From a virus (lineage: Duplodnaviria > Caudoviricetes): a stretch of DNA of 64,000 bases. Below the pieces are notes generated by a model. That model saw only the letters and a list, made by a program, of their open reading frames with translations. It ran no database searches and was not told where the DNA came from. Made by a program: the position numbers and the translations under genes. How positions within the stretch are numbered: position 1 is the first letter of the stretch; every line of letters begins with the position of its first letter. Shown here one piece after another: positions 37,115 through 44,811 of this stretch. Location: positions 96,001-160,000 of the IMG/VR virus record IMGVR_UViG_3300037361_000044; one strand, given 5' to 3'.

Positions 37115-38261
37115 CCCAGACTTTTCCGAGCCAGCCATGAACGGGTTCCTTGAGCAGCTTCAGAAGGAAGCGCTCACGGCGCCTGTTTCCAGCATCATGT
37201 CAAGCTTGGCGCGGCCGGGGCGGTTGCACGCCATGCAGGCGGGCATGGGTAGCGGTATGGGGCTAGGTCTAGGTGCTGGCCTGCTTGGCGGAGGAGCCCT
37301 GGGTGGTGTCAAAGCGTACAGGCAAGCTCGCGCCGAGGGCGCCAGTCCACTCTCGGCGGTGGGCAGTACCTTGGGCGGTGTGGCGCACGGGGCTCTGCGT
37401 GGCGGCGTCACTGGGGTAGCCCTCGGCGCCGGCGGCGGTGCTCTGCTAGGTGCAGCCGCACCTACGCAGGTCATCTCAGCGACCAAGCAGCTGGCGAAGA
37501 TGCCCGGTAAGGCTGGAGAGTTCTCCAGGTTTGGGCAAAGGCAGGTACACAGCGTGACTGGCTGGAAGCCAGGTGGTGCAACGGCGTCCATTGAGCAGAT
37601 TGGAGCTGGAGCCCACGGCGCGCGCGAAACGGCAAAGGGGGCACTTGCAAGCCTTGGCAAGTCCCCGGAGATGGATGCGCTCGTGGCGGCGCATTCGAAG
37701 GGGCCTGCGGAGGTGGCGGCTGCTCGCCAAGCCTTGCAGGCAGGGCCGGGCGCGAAGCTTACACAGGCGCACAAGGCACTGCGCTCGGCAGAGACGTCGC
37801 AGCAGATGGGCCTGACCAGCCTCCCCGGGTACGCCAAGTCCATTGGCAAGAACGGTTTGATCCCCACGGTGGCCACAGGTGTCAAGGAACAGTGGCAGGC
37901 CTCGGGGCCAAAGGGCAAAGCCATGATGCTCGCGCTCCCCGCTATCTCGGCCGCTGGCACGCTGAAGGCGCCGGATCAGCCAGGAGGTAGAGGAAAGGGA
38001 GAGACAATTGGCAGATTGGCGGGAAGTACATTAGGGTCTCTCGCAGCTCCTATGTCTCTCACCGGTGGTCTGCTGCTTGGTAGTGCGTTCGAACACGCGG
38101 GTGGAGCCATGGGTAAGGGCGTTGACAAGCTGCGCGGCAGGCGCCCCGCGGTACCACAAGACCCGACTCCTCCTCCCGCCACGGCGCCAGGGGATACTGG
38201 GCAGGCGGCAGTTGAGCACGTTTACGGCACCGGCTACGGCGGCGCTGGAGGGTTGGAATAG
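37107..38261 (+). CDS. Gly/Ala-rich internal virion protein (ejection/pilot candidate)
   Basis: Gly-zipper hydrophobic helices after an N-terminal QKEAL motif. Confidence 0.5.
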   Translation: MFDPDFSEPAMNGFLEQLQKEALTAPVSSIMSSLARPGRLHAMQAGMGSGMGLGLGAGLLGGGALGGVKAYRQARAEGASPLSAVGSTLGGVAHGALRGGVTGVALGAGGGALLGAAAPTQVISATKQLAKMPGKAGEFSRFGQRQVHSVTGWKPGGATASIEQIGAGAHGARETAKGALASLGKSPEMDALVAAHSKGPAEVAAARQALQAGPGAKLTQAHKALRSAETSQQMGLTSLPGYAKSIGKNGLIPTVATGVKEQWQASGPKGKAMMLALPAISAAGTLKAPDQPGGRGKGETIGRLAGSTLGSLAAPMSLTGGLLLGSAFEHAGGAMGKGVDKLRGRRPAVPQDPTPPPATAPGDTGQAAVEHVYGTGYGGAGGLE

Positions 38262-38264
38262 TTC

Positions 38265-40301
38265 ATGAGTATCCCAGGCTCGTTGCAGATGGGTGGTGCT
38301 GGTGGCGCGTCGCGTTTTGCGCAGACGCGTGGGCGTATGGGCAACGGAATGAACCAAGGGGTGAACTACCCCAGTCCGTTCTTCGACATTGCGCATACGT
38401 ACCTGCCTACGACGGTCAAGGCGATGTTCCGGTGGTGCCGGTACTACTTCATGACCAACCCCATCATCAATGCCACGGTCTTCAAGCTCTCCGAGTACCC
38501 GATCACGGAGATTCAGATCGACCATCCAGAGCCCTCTGTGGCCAGACGTTGGAAGGAGTACTTCGAAGACCATCTGAATTACAGGGCGTTTCAGATCGAG
38601 TGCGGGCTCGACTACAACACGTATGGCAATTGCCTGTCGAGTTTGAGTTTCCCGTTCAAGAAGTACTTGACCTGTTCGTACTGCCAGCACCAGGCGGAGG
38701 CTAAGCGTATCCGTCCGCACTGGGTGTTCACCAACTACGAGTACCGACTTAGCTGTCCGAAGTGCGGGCAGGTCGGCACTGCCGCGGCCAAGGACATCTA
38801 CTTCAAGAATGAGGCCGGCATCTCGATGATGCGCTGGAGCCCGGAGGACGTTGAGATCAGCTACTCTGCTCTAACAGGCGAGCACACGTACTTCTACAAC
38901 ATCCCGCCGTCTGTTCGTAACGACGTCATCATCGGTAAGAAGGATGCCGTGGAGCAGGTGCCAGAGGTGTTCATCCAGGCACTACGCCAGCAGAAGGGCG
39001 TAGTGTTCTCGAAGGAGCTGTTCTTCCATCTCCGTCGTCCGACGCTGGCTGACCAGGACCGTGGCTGGGGGATCCCGCTGCTGCTGCCCTGTTTGAAGGA
39101 TACGTTCTACCTGCAGATCATGAAGAAGGCGCAGGAGGCTATCCTCCTCGAGCACATCGTGCCCCTTCGTATCCTGTTCCCGCAGGCAGGCTCTGGGACC
39201 TCGGATCCATACACATCGGTCAACCTGGTGGATTGGCGTGACCACGTGGCTACGGAAATAGCGCGTTGGCGCATGGATCCCAACTACATCCCAATCCTGC
39301 CGTTACCCGTTGGTAACCAGACGATTGGTGGGGATGGCCGCGCGCTGCTGATGGTTCAAGAGATGCAGACGTTGAGTGAGCAGCTCATCAACGGTATGCA
39401 GGTACCTCTGGAGTTCATCAAGGGTGGCTTGAGCTTCTCTGGTACGAACGTGTCTATGCGCATGCTCGAGAACCAGTTCATCATCTACCTGTCCCGCCAT
39501 CGTCGTATGGCGCGGTGGGTCATGCGCAGTGTCGCTGATTACCTTGGCTGGCCGCTGGCGGACATCCGCTTCAAGCCCTTCAAGATGGCTGATGACATCC
39601 AACGGAAGGCCTTCCTCTTCCAACTCAACCAGGCCAATAAAGTCAGCGACACCACGCTGCTGGCTGACTCCGATCTGGACCAGACGCGAGAAGACCAAAT
39701 CATGGAGCGCGAGACCGCTGCCCGTATCAAGGCGACGGAGAAGCAGCAGCTTGCCAACGCGGAACTGCAAGGCAAGCAGCAGGCCATCATGATGAAAATG
39801 CAGGCCAAAGCTCAGCAGGAAATGCAAGCCGCGTTGGCTGCCCCCTCCGCTCCGGGTGAGCCTGGTGGGCCAGATGCTGGCGCAGCGCCCCCCGGTGGGC
39901 AAGGTGGTGCACAAGTAGCTCCCGACAGCCCAATGGGGGCCATGCAGAGTCCACTCAATGCTGGACAAAACATGGGCATGGGCACCAGCCAATCCCCAGG
40001 GCAGTCGCCCCAGATGGGTGGCGCCAACATCATCGTGATGGCGCAGACCATCGCTCAGGAGCTCTCCACGTTGAATGCGGGGCAGCAGCTAATTGCCATC
40101 AAGAATCTGCGTATGCAGTCCCCAGAGCTGGCGGACTTGGTGATGCAGAACTTGCGGGCAATGCCGCAGCAGTCCAACGACCCAATGGCAATGGGAAACC
40201 CCAACGCGCAGCTGGGCATGAATGGGCAAGCAGCGCAGCAGGTGGATATGCGACCCTTGCCTGAGAAGCTTCCGCCTCGTCGCGCTGCAGGCATGGTCTG
40301 A
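38265..40301 (+). CDS. Portal protein with zinc-ribbon insertion
   Basis: NPIINATVFKLSEYP, DYNTYGNC, FHLRRP...GWGIP.L, Q-rich C-terminal tail; position in the head module. Confidence 0.7.
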   Translation: MSIPGSLQMGGAGGASRFAQTRGRMGNGMNQGVNYPSPFFDIAHTYLPTTVKAMFRWCRYYFMTNPIINATVFKLSEYPITEIQIDHPEPSVARRWKEYFEDHLNYRAFQIECGLDYNTYGNCLSSLSFPFKKYLTCSYCQHQAEAKRIRPHWVFTNYEYRLSCPKCGQVGTAAAKDIYFKNEAGISMMRWSPEDVEISYSALTGEHTYFYNIPPSVRNDVIIGKKDAVEQVPEVFIQALRQQKGVVFSKELFFHLRRPTLADQDRGWGIPLLLPCLKDTFYLQIMKKAQEAILLEHIVPLRILFPQAGSGTSDPYTSVNLVDWRDHVATEIARWRMDPNYIPILPLPVGNQTIGGDGRALLMVQEMQTLSEQLINGMQVPLEFIKGGLSFSGTNVSMRMLENQFIIYLSRHRRMARWVMRSVADYLGWPLADIRFKPFKMADDIQRKAFLFQLNQANKVSDTTLLADSDLDQTREDQIMERETAARIKATEKQQLANAELQGKQQAIMMKMQAKAQQEMQAALAAPSAPGEPGGPDAGAAPPGGQGGAQVAPDSPMGAMQSPLNAGQNMGMGTSQSPGQSPQMGGANIIVMAQTIAQELSTLNAGQQLIAIKNLRMQSPELADLVMQNLRAMPQQSNDPMAMGNPNAQLGMNGQAAQQVDMRPLPEKLPPRRAAGMV

Positions 40302-40345
40302 TAGGGGGCTAAGAGAAAAAGGGGTCTTGGCGGACCCCTTTCTCC
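40302..40345 (-). terminator. Convergent-junction terminator: hairpin + TAGGGGGCTA motif
   Basis: TAGGGGGCTAAGAGAA-AAAGGGGTC-TTGGCG-GACCCCTTT. Confidence 0.65.
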
Positions 40346-40350
40346 TTTCA

Positions 40351-40536
40351 CTACGCGCGGAGCTCGGGCCCCACCTTCTTGTTCTGCTCGCGCATGCCGA
40401 GCAGCTCAGCCTCGGTCTTGGCCAAGATTTGCTTGGTAGCTCGGTGCTTCCCAGCAACGTAACCAAGGGTTCCGATGACAGCTGCGCCGACGGTTGATGC
40501 GGTGGCAATGATGGCGATGCGAATAGCGTTGGTCAT
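40351..40536 (-). CDS. Small single-TM protein
   Basis: Hydrophobic N-terminal half and basic tail. Confidence 0.55.
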   Translation of the reverse strand: MTNAIRIAIIATASTVGAAVIGTLGYVAGKHRATKQILAKTEAELLGMREQNKKVGPELRA

Positions 40537-40587
40537 GGTCTTTTGCTTTCCTGGAACAACCGATGTGGCTGTTTTCCTCTTACCTTA

Positions 40588-40597
40588 CTTATGCCCG
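40588..40597 (-). promoter_or_regulatory. GATAAG-type motif (CGGGCATAAG)
   Basis: Intergenic, upstream of 40536. Confidence 0.4.
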
Positions 40598-40617
40598 CTT
40601 TCCCGGCGTTTTTGCAG

Positions 40618-41997
40618 TTATGCCACATCGTCTAGGAAGATGGTCTCGCCCCAATCTGCTGGAGCGCGTCTACGTGATCCAGGAACAATTCCCCAGATGA
40701 CGTTGATGCCACGCGGCTGCTCCTCGGGCGCTGTTCCGTCGCCATCGCTCAAGTAGATCACAGCATCTGGCTTCGGTCTGGCCTGCTCTGCCATCTCGAA
40801 GGCTGGGCAGAAGTCTGTACCCCCACGCCCCTTGATCTCCATGTGCTGCAGGTCCCTTATGGACACACGTGTTGGCGGTGTTTGTACTTTCGTGTCCGCC
40901 TCCATGTACCAGACGTTCATGACGCCGGTCTGCCGCATGACATCAACGCAGACGCGTAGCGCGTCACCCAGGTTCTGCTTCCCCATGGAGGCAGAGCTGT
41001 CGACTACGATCCATATTGTCGGCTCGTACGCGATCAGCCCAGGCCTTGGAAAGCCAACCAGTGTGGAGCGCTTTGAAGGTCTGCGCATGCTGTAGTCCAG
41101 GCCTCCTCTTTGGATGTTACCTACCAAGCTGCGTGTAGCTCTGCCGAGTTTTGCCACCCAGGGCACATGAAACACGGTGTCGCTGATTTCAACTATCTCG
41201 CTCCACGAGCCGGGCATGGTCCCGCGGCCCTCTCCTTCCATGTGCGCCTTTATTGCAGCCGCGGTGTCGCGTGCAAACTTGTGGCACTGCGTCTCTGAGT
41301 GCCCTATCCGATTGTCTTCTGACTTCTCCAATTCCTTTCTTAGCGGGTTGCCGGATACGCCACCGCAGCAGCCAGCCATGATCTTTCCCTGGTTTGGCTT
41401 TTCTCCGGGCTGCGGCGAGCTGCTGGAAGAACCCAGGCCTTGCCCAGGCTTCCCGGCACCGTTGCTGCCAGCAGCCTGTTTTTGGTGCTCCTTGGCCTCG
41501 TGCTTTTCCAGCAGGTGGTAGTACGCATCCGCAGTCAGCCCATCTTCGAATCCGTATTGAGACGGCATGAGCGCCCAGTCCGGGAATTCCCAAAGCGGCG
41601 CTTGCTTGATGACCTGGTTGCCGTTGTCCTTGGTGCGTATACTCCGCATTTGCTTGACCATCGTGCCGTTGATGAACAAGTCAGCTGCCCTGTTGTAACG
41701 CTCGGGGTCTGCGTAGCTCTTTCCTCGGTTGATGTGATGCAGCAGCGCGTGCAGGCACTCATGCCCTAGCCCAGTGGCAAGTACAAGCACGCTTATCTCG
41801 TTGAGCCAGTCGGGCTCGTAGAGAAGTACTAGCCGCTCAGTAACTGCCAGCGGGCCACCCGCTATCTCAGTAAGGCCCACGTAGGGCCTTGGAATGAGGC
41901 CGTACAGGGTGGCCCCGAAGTACGGCGCTTGTAGTTTCACATAGGCTCGAGCCAGCGCAAGCTTATTGCTTGTTTTGTCCGATCCGACTTCTGCCAC
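40618..41997 (-). CDS. DUF2201-type metallopeptidase-VWA protein
   Basis: HECLH; MIDAS-like VVDSSASM; GRGGTDF; YLSDG. Confidence 0.85.
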   Translation of the reverse strand: MAEVGSDKTSNKLALARAYVKLQAPYFGATLYGLIPRPYVGLTEIAGGPLAVTERLVLLYEPDWLNEISVLVLATGLGHECLHALLHHINRGKSYADPERYNRAADLFINGTMVKQMRSIRTKDNGNQVIKQAPLWEFPDWALMPSQYGFEDGLTADAYYHLLEKHEAKEHQKQAAGSNGAGKPGQGLGSSSSSPQPGEKPNQGKIMAGCCGGVSGNPLRKELEKSEDNRIGHSETQCHKFARDTAAAIKAHMEGEGRGTMPGSWSEIVEISDTVFHVPWVAKLGRATRSLVGNIQRGGLDYSMRRPSKRSTLVGFPRPGLIAYEPTIWIVVDSSASMGKQNLGDALRVCVDVMRQTGVMNVWYMEADTKVQTPPTRVSIRDLQHMEIKGRGGTDFCPAFEMAEQARPKPDAVIYLSDGDGTAPEEQPRGINVIWGIVPGSRRRAPADWGETIFLDDVA

Positions 41998-41998
41998 G

Positions 41999-43255
41999 TT
42001 AGGCCAGCTCTTTCAGGAAGTTCTGTACGCCGCTCTTGGATAGACGCACCAGTACAGGTCTCGCTGCAGCAACCACATCGCTGTTGCCGGAGTGCACACC
42101 CAACTGGGCCTGGATAAGACCCTCCACGCAAGGCACAACAACGTCGGATAGCTGTGCGTCGAATAGCTGACCCAGGCTCTTCCACAGCAGCGGTGCCACC
42201 TCTAGCTGCGCATCACGTGACGGTTTTTGCCGTACGTATGCTGTGGCGCTGTTGTACGCAGCTAGCACGATGTCCAGCCGGTGGGGGTTTACCTTCCACT
42301 TGCCTGTGAGCACATCCATGGGTTTCGGTATGTCCGTTTCTGCTGCGTAGGTCATGAACATTGAGCCGGCCCCTTCGCCAACGCAGGAATACACCAACGC
42401 TTCGCGGATACTGTCACCCTTATGTAGGATGCTCGCAGTAGTCCACGCCCGCATGGCGTAGTCCCACGTGCGTGGCGATGGCCAGCTTTTGCTGCTTTGC
42501 GGGTCGGACGGTGCCGGCATCTTGTGTAGTAGCGACGGATTGGCTTCCATGAATGCGGTGAACAAGCCTAGGGTCTCGGGAAAGATGGAAGGCCAATCCG
42601 AGATGACTACCTCTTCGATCTCAGCCAGGGTTGCTTGTAATCCCTCCAAGGTGTTGCCCATCTGGAAGGCGCTCCACTCACGCGCTGTTGGACCGGGGTC
42701 GGTCACGTGCATGAAGCGGTTGGCTAGTGGCGGGGAGAACCTGAAGCCCCCGGTGGCTATGTCCTCGGGGTTCGACGCCGCGAGCATTCGAATGCCCCCA
42801 GGAATGGGCTGGTCCCCAGCCACCCGTTCATGGATGAAGCTTTGGATGGCACCCTGTGTGGCAGGCGTGGCGCCGTTCACCTCGTCGAGAAAGATGATGC
42901 CGCGCCCGACCTTGATGAGCTCGCGTACCTGAGAGAGCGGGCAGATCTGTCTGGCCCCTCCCTTACCATCCGGGATGAGCGCCCCGGAGAAGTCCTCGGG
43001 TGGATGCTGCGCTGCGAACAAAGACCTGGCACTGATGTGCAGTACCTTGCTCATCTGTTTGATGCGGGCGGTTTTGGCGTTGCCAGGTAGGCCTTCGATA
43101 ATGAGGGGCAACCCCCAGAGACAATCGTCGTGGCCAGGGTACCCGTCCATGGGGGAGGCCAAGGCCACCTCAACCAGCTCGTTTAGCTCTTTTCTCCCCA
43201 GCGGCATTGCGAGGGGATTGGTCAGCGCGGTTGTACTTGCTTTCTTAGTTGCCAT
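41999..43255 (-). CDS. MoxR-like AAA+ ATPase
   Basis: EGLPGNAKT, IFLDEVN, AASN, PLANRF, PSPRTW. Confidence 0.85.
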   Translation of the reverse strand: MATKKASTTALTNPLAMPLGRKELNELVEVALASPMDGYPGHDDCLWGLPLIIEGLPGNAKTARIKQMSKVLHISARSLFAAQHPPEDFSGALIPDGKGGARQICPLSQVRELIKVGRGIIFLDEVNGATPATQGAIQSFIHERVAGDQPIPGGIRMLAASNPEDIATGGFRFSPPLANRFMHVTDPGPTAREWSAFQMGNTLEGLQATLAEIEEVVISDWPSIFPETLGLFTAFMEANPSLLHKMPAPSDPQSSKSWPSPRTWDYAMRAWTTASILHKGDSIREALVYSCVGEGAGSMFMTYAAETDIPKPMDVLTGKWKVNPHRLDIVLAAYNSATAYVRQKPSRDAQLEVAPLLWKSLGQLFDAQLSDVVVPCVEGLIQAQLGVHSGNSDVVAAARPVLVRLSKSGVQNFLKELA

Positions 43256-43256
43256 T

Positions 43257-43868
43257 CTATCCATCTCCAGCAGGCTTGTGACAGTCGCAGTTTCCGTGTC
43301 TCCAGCAGCGTTCGTAGAGACCATCCAGGCACACCTGTAGACCGGGCTTGGGCTCGAGTGGGGCTTCCCATAGGGGCTCGTCCCGTCCGTCTTCCATGTG
43401 CTTTAGACAGCCGATGCAGATGTGGTAGTCGTTCTGCATCTCCACGAACTTCGGGGTAGGTTCCCCGTTTGGCGCGCGCTCTGACCAGTGCATCTCACCG
43501 AATTGCAAGATGGCCACGGTCTCGCCCAGCAGTACATCACTGCGGCAAGCATCGCACTCAATCACCCCGTCGTCATCTACTACGGGCGGAGCATCTTCTG
43601 TGAGCTCTCTTAGGTCTTCCAGCACCTCCTCGCCACAGTCGAAGCAGTAGAACGTTGGGTTGTACATGTAGTCGCCGTCTGCGCCCAACAGGTCCACATG
43701 CTGCACCGTGGTCTTCGGCTGCACCGGCTGCACGACGCGTAGGAGGAATATCTCCTCGGTCATCATCAGTTCCGCACCGCAGTGGGCGCATACGACTCCG
43801 GCGCTCTCGTCCGTGTCTATCTCGTCTTCATCTTCTTCATCTTCTTCGTCGGTTACGTACGCAACCAC
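43257..43868 (-). CDS. Acidic Cys-rich protein with a duplicated CxxC domain
   Basis: CAHC, CFDC, CDAC, CIGC. Confidence 0.55.
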   Translation of the reverse strand: MVAYVTDEEDEEDEDEIDTDESAGVVCAHCGAELMMTEEIFLLRVVQPVQPKTTVQHVDLLGADGDYMYNPTFYCFDCGEEVLEDLRELTEDAPPVVDDDGVIECDACRSDVLLGETVAILQFGEMHWSERAPNGEPTPKFVEMQNDYHICIGCLKHMEDGRDEPLWEAPLEPKPGLQVCLDGLYERCWRHGNCDCHKPAGDG

Positions 43869-44467
43869 AGGCGTGTCCTCTCTCTGGGTTCGGTTCTCTC
43901 GATACTTACCCAGCGTCGTTCGATGGTCTCCAGACGCAGGTCTGGACCGCGCCCCGCAAACAGGTCCATGTCGTTGAGCAACATCAGCCGCTCGATGTAG
44001 TCATTGTTGGCGCCGTCGTGAATTTTACGTTCGAACTCAAGACCAGACGGAAGCACGGCGTCCACCGGGTACATCGCCCTGGCCTCGAGCTCCCGGTCAT
44101 ACAAGTCGTCCAGCAGATCGTCAGTGTCTACACAAAGACCCAGCCAGGCAGGATCATCCGGCTCCACGTACTGCTGGTCCAGCCAGGAGCAGTACGTGTC
44201 TGGGCTGGCAACACCAAGCAATACCTCGAGGTCTCTCTGGTTGCAGAAGCTGCAGAACCCCTTCTGGTCGTAGACCTTGGCGCGTAGTCCGCCCAGGCTC
44301 CTACCCGCCACGGGGGTGTACAACGCATGTATTGTCCAGACGCGTCGCGGGTTGTCTACGTCTATGAATGACTGGCCAAGTGCACCGAAGGTCTCTTCGA
44401 CTATGTGGGTTCCTGGAATGGGGGTAAGTAGCGCACGCCCTTCTGCTGTGAAGGGATTTACAAGCAT
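43853..44467 (-). CDS. Hypothetical protein
   Basis: ATG after GGAGG. Confidence 0.55.
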   Translation of the reverse strand: MLVNPFTAEGRALLTPIPGTHIVEETFGALGQSFIDVDNPRRVWTIHALYTPVAGRSLGGLRAKVYDQKGFCSFCNQRDLEVLLGVASPDTYCSWLDQQYVEPDDPAWLGLCVDTDDLLDDLYDRELEARAMYPVDAVLPSGLEFERKIHDGANNDYIERLMLLNDMDLFAGRGPDLRLETIERRWVSIERTEPRERTRLWLRT

Positions 44468-44559
44468 GGTTGGTTGGCCTCCCTGATGTAGTCTTGTAGG
44501 CGTAGAAGGATTCCGTAGAGCAGGCCGGCTATGAAGGCCCAGATGAATAGTTGCTGCAT
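44458..44559 (-). CDS. Small membrane peptide (33 aa)
   Basis: MQQLFIWAFIAGLLYGILLRL...; fills the gap in the operon. Confidence 0.4.
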   Translation of the reverse strand: MQQLFIWAFIAGLLYGILLRLQDYIREANQPCL

Positions 44560-44560
44560 G

Positions 44561-44707
44561 CTAGCGATCTTGCTGTTGGCTTTCGTCCGTTGGCTTCGTG
44601 GAAGGGTCCGCGTAAAGGCTGGCTACTAGCTCCTGGTACTCCCTGCCGGCACTCCTTGGCCGCGGGGGCGCTTCATTGCTCTTCTTGGGCGCAGCGGCTC
44701 TCGACAT
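44561..44707 (-). CDS. Small hypothetical protein (48 aa)
   Basis: MSRAAAPKKS... with a GGAGG SD. Confidence 0.45.
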   Translation of the reverse strand: MSRAAAPKKSNEAPPRPRSAGREYQELVASLYADPSTKPTDESQQQDR

Positions 44708-44731
44708 GTCGAATTTCCTCCGTACATGGTC

Positions 44732-44741
44732 CTTATCTCGG
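44732..44741 (-). promoter_or_regulatory. GATAAG-type motif (CCGAGATAAG)
   Basis: At the head of the - strand island, upstream of the SD. Confidence 0.4.
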
Positions 44742-44776
44742 CTAGTACGCAGCTATTGCGCAGTTTTAGCGACCAT

Positions 44777-44798
44777 GGACGCGGCGTCCGGCTATACT
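44777..44798 (+). promoter_or_regulatory. Inverted repeat + -10 element (TATACT) upstream of the RNAP gene
   Basis: GGACGC-G-GCGTCC palindrome followed by GGCTATACT. Confidence 0.4.
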
Positions 44799-44811
44799 GC
44801 TCGGAGAGAGC

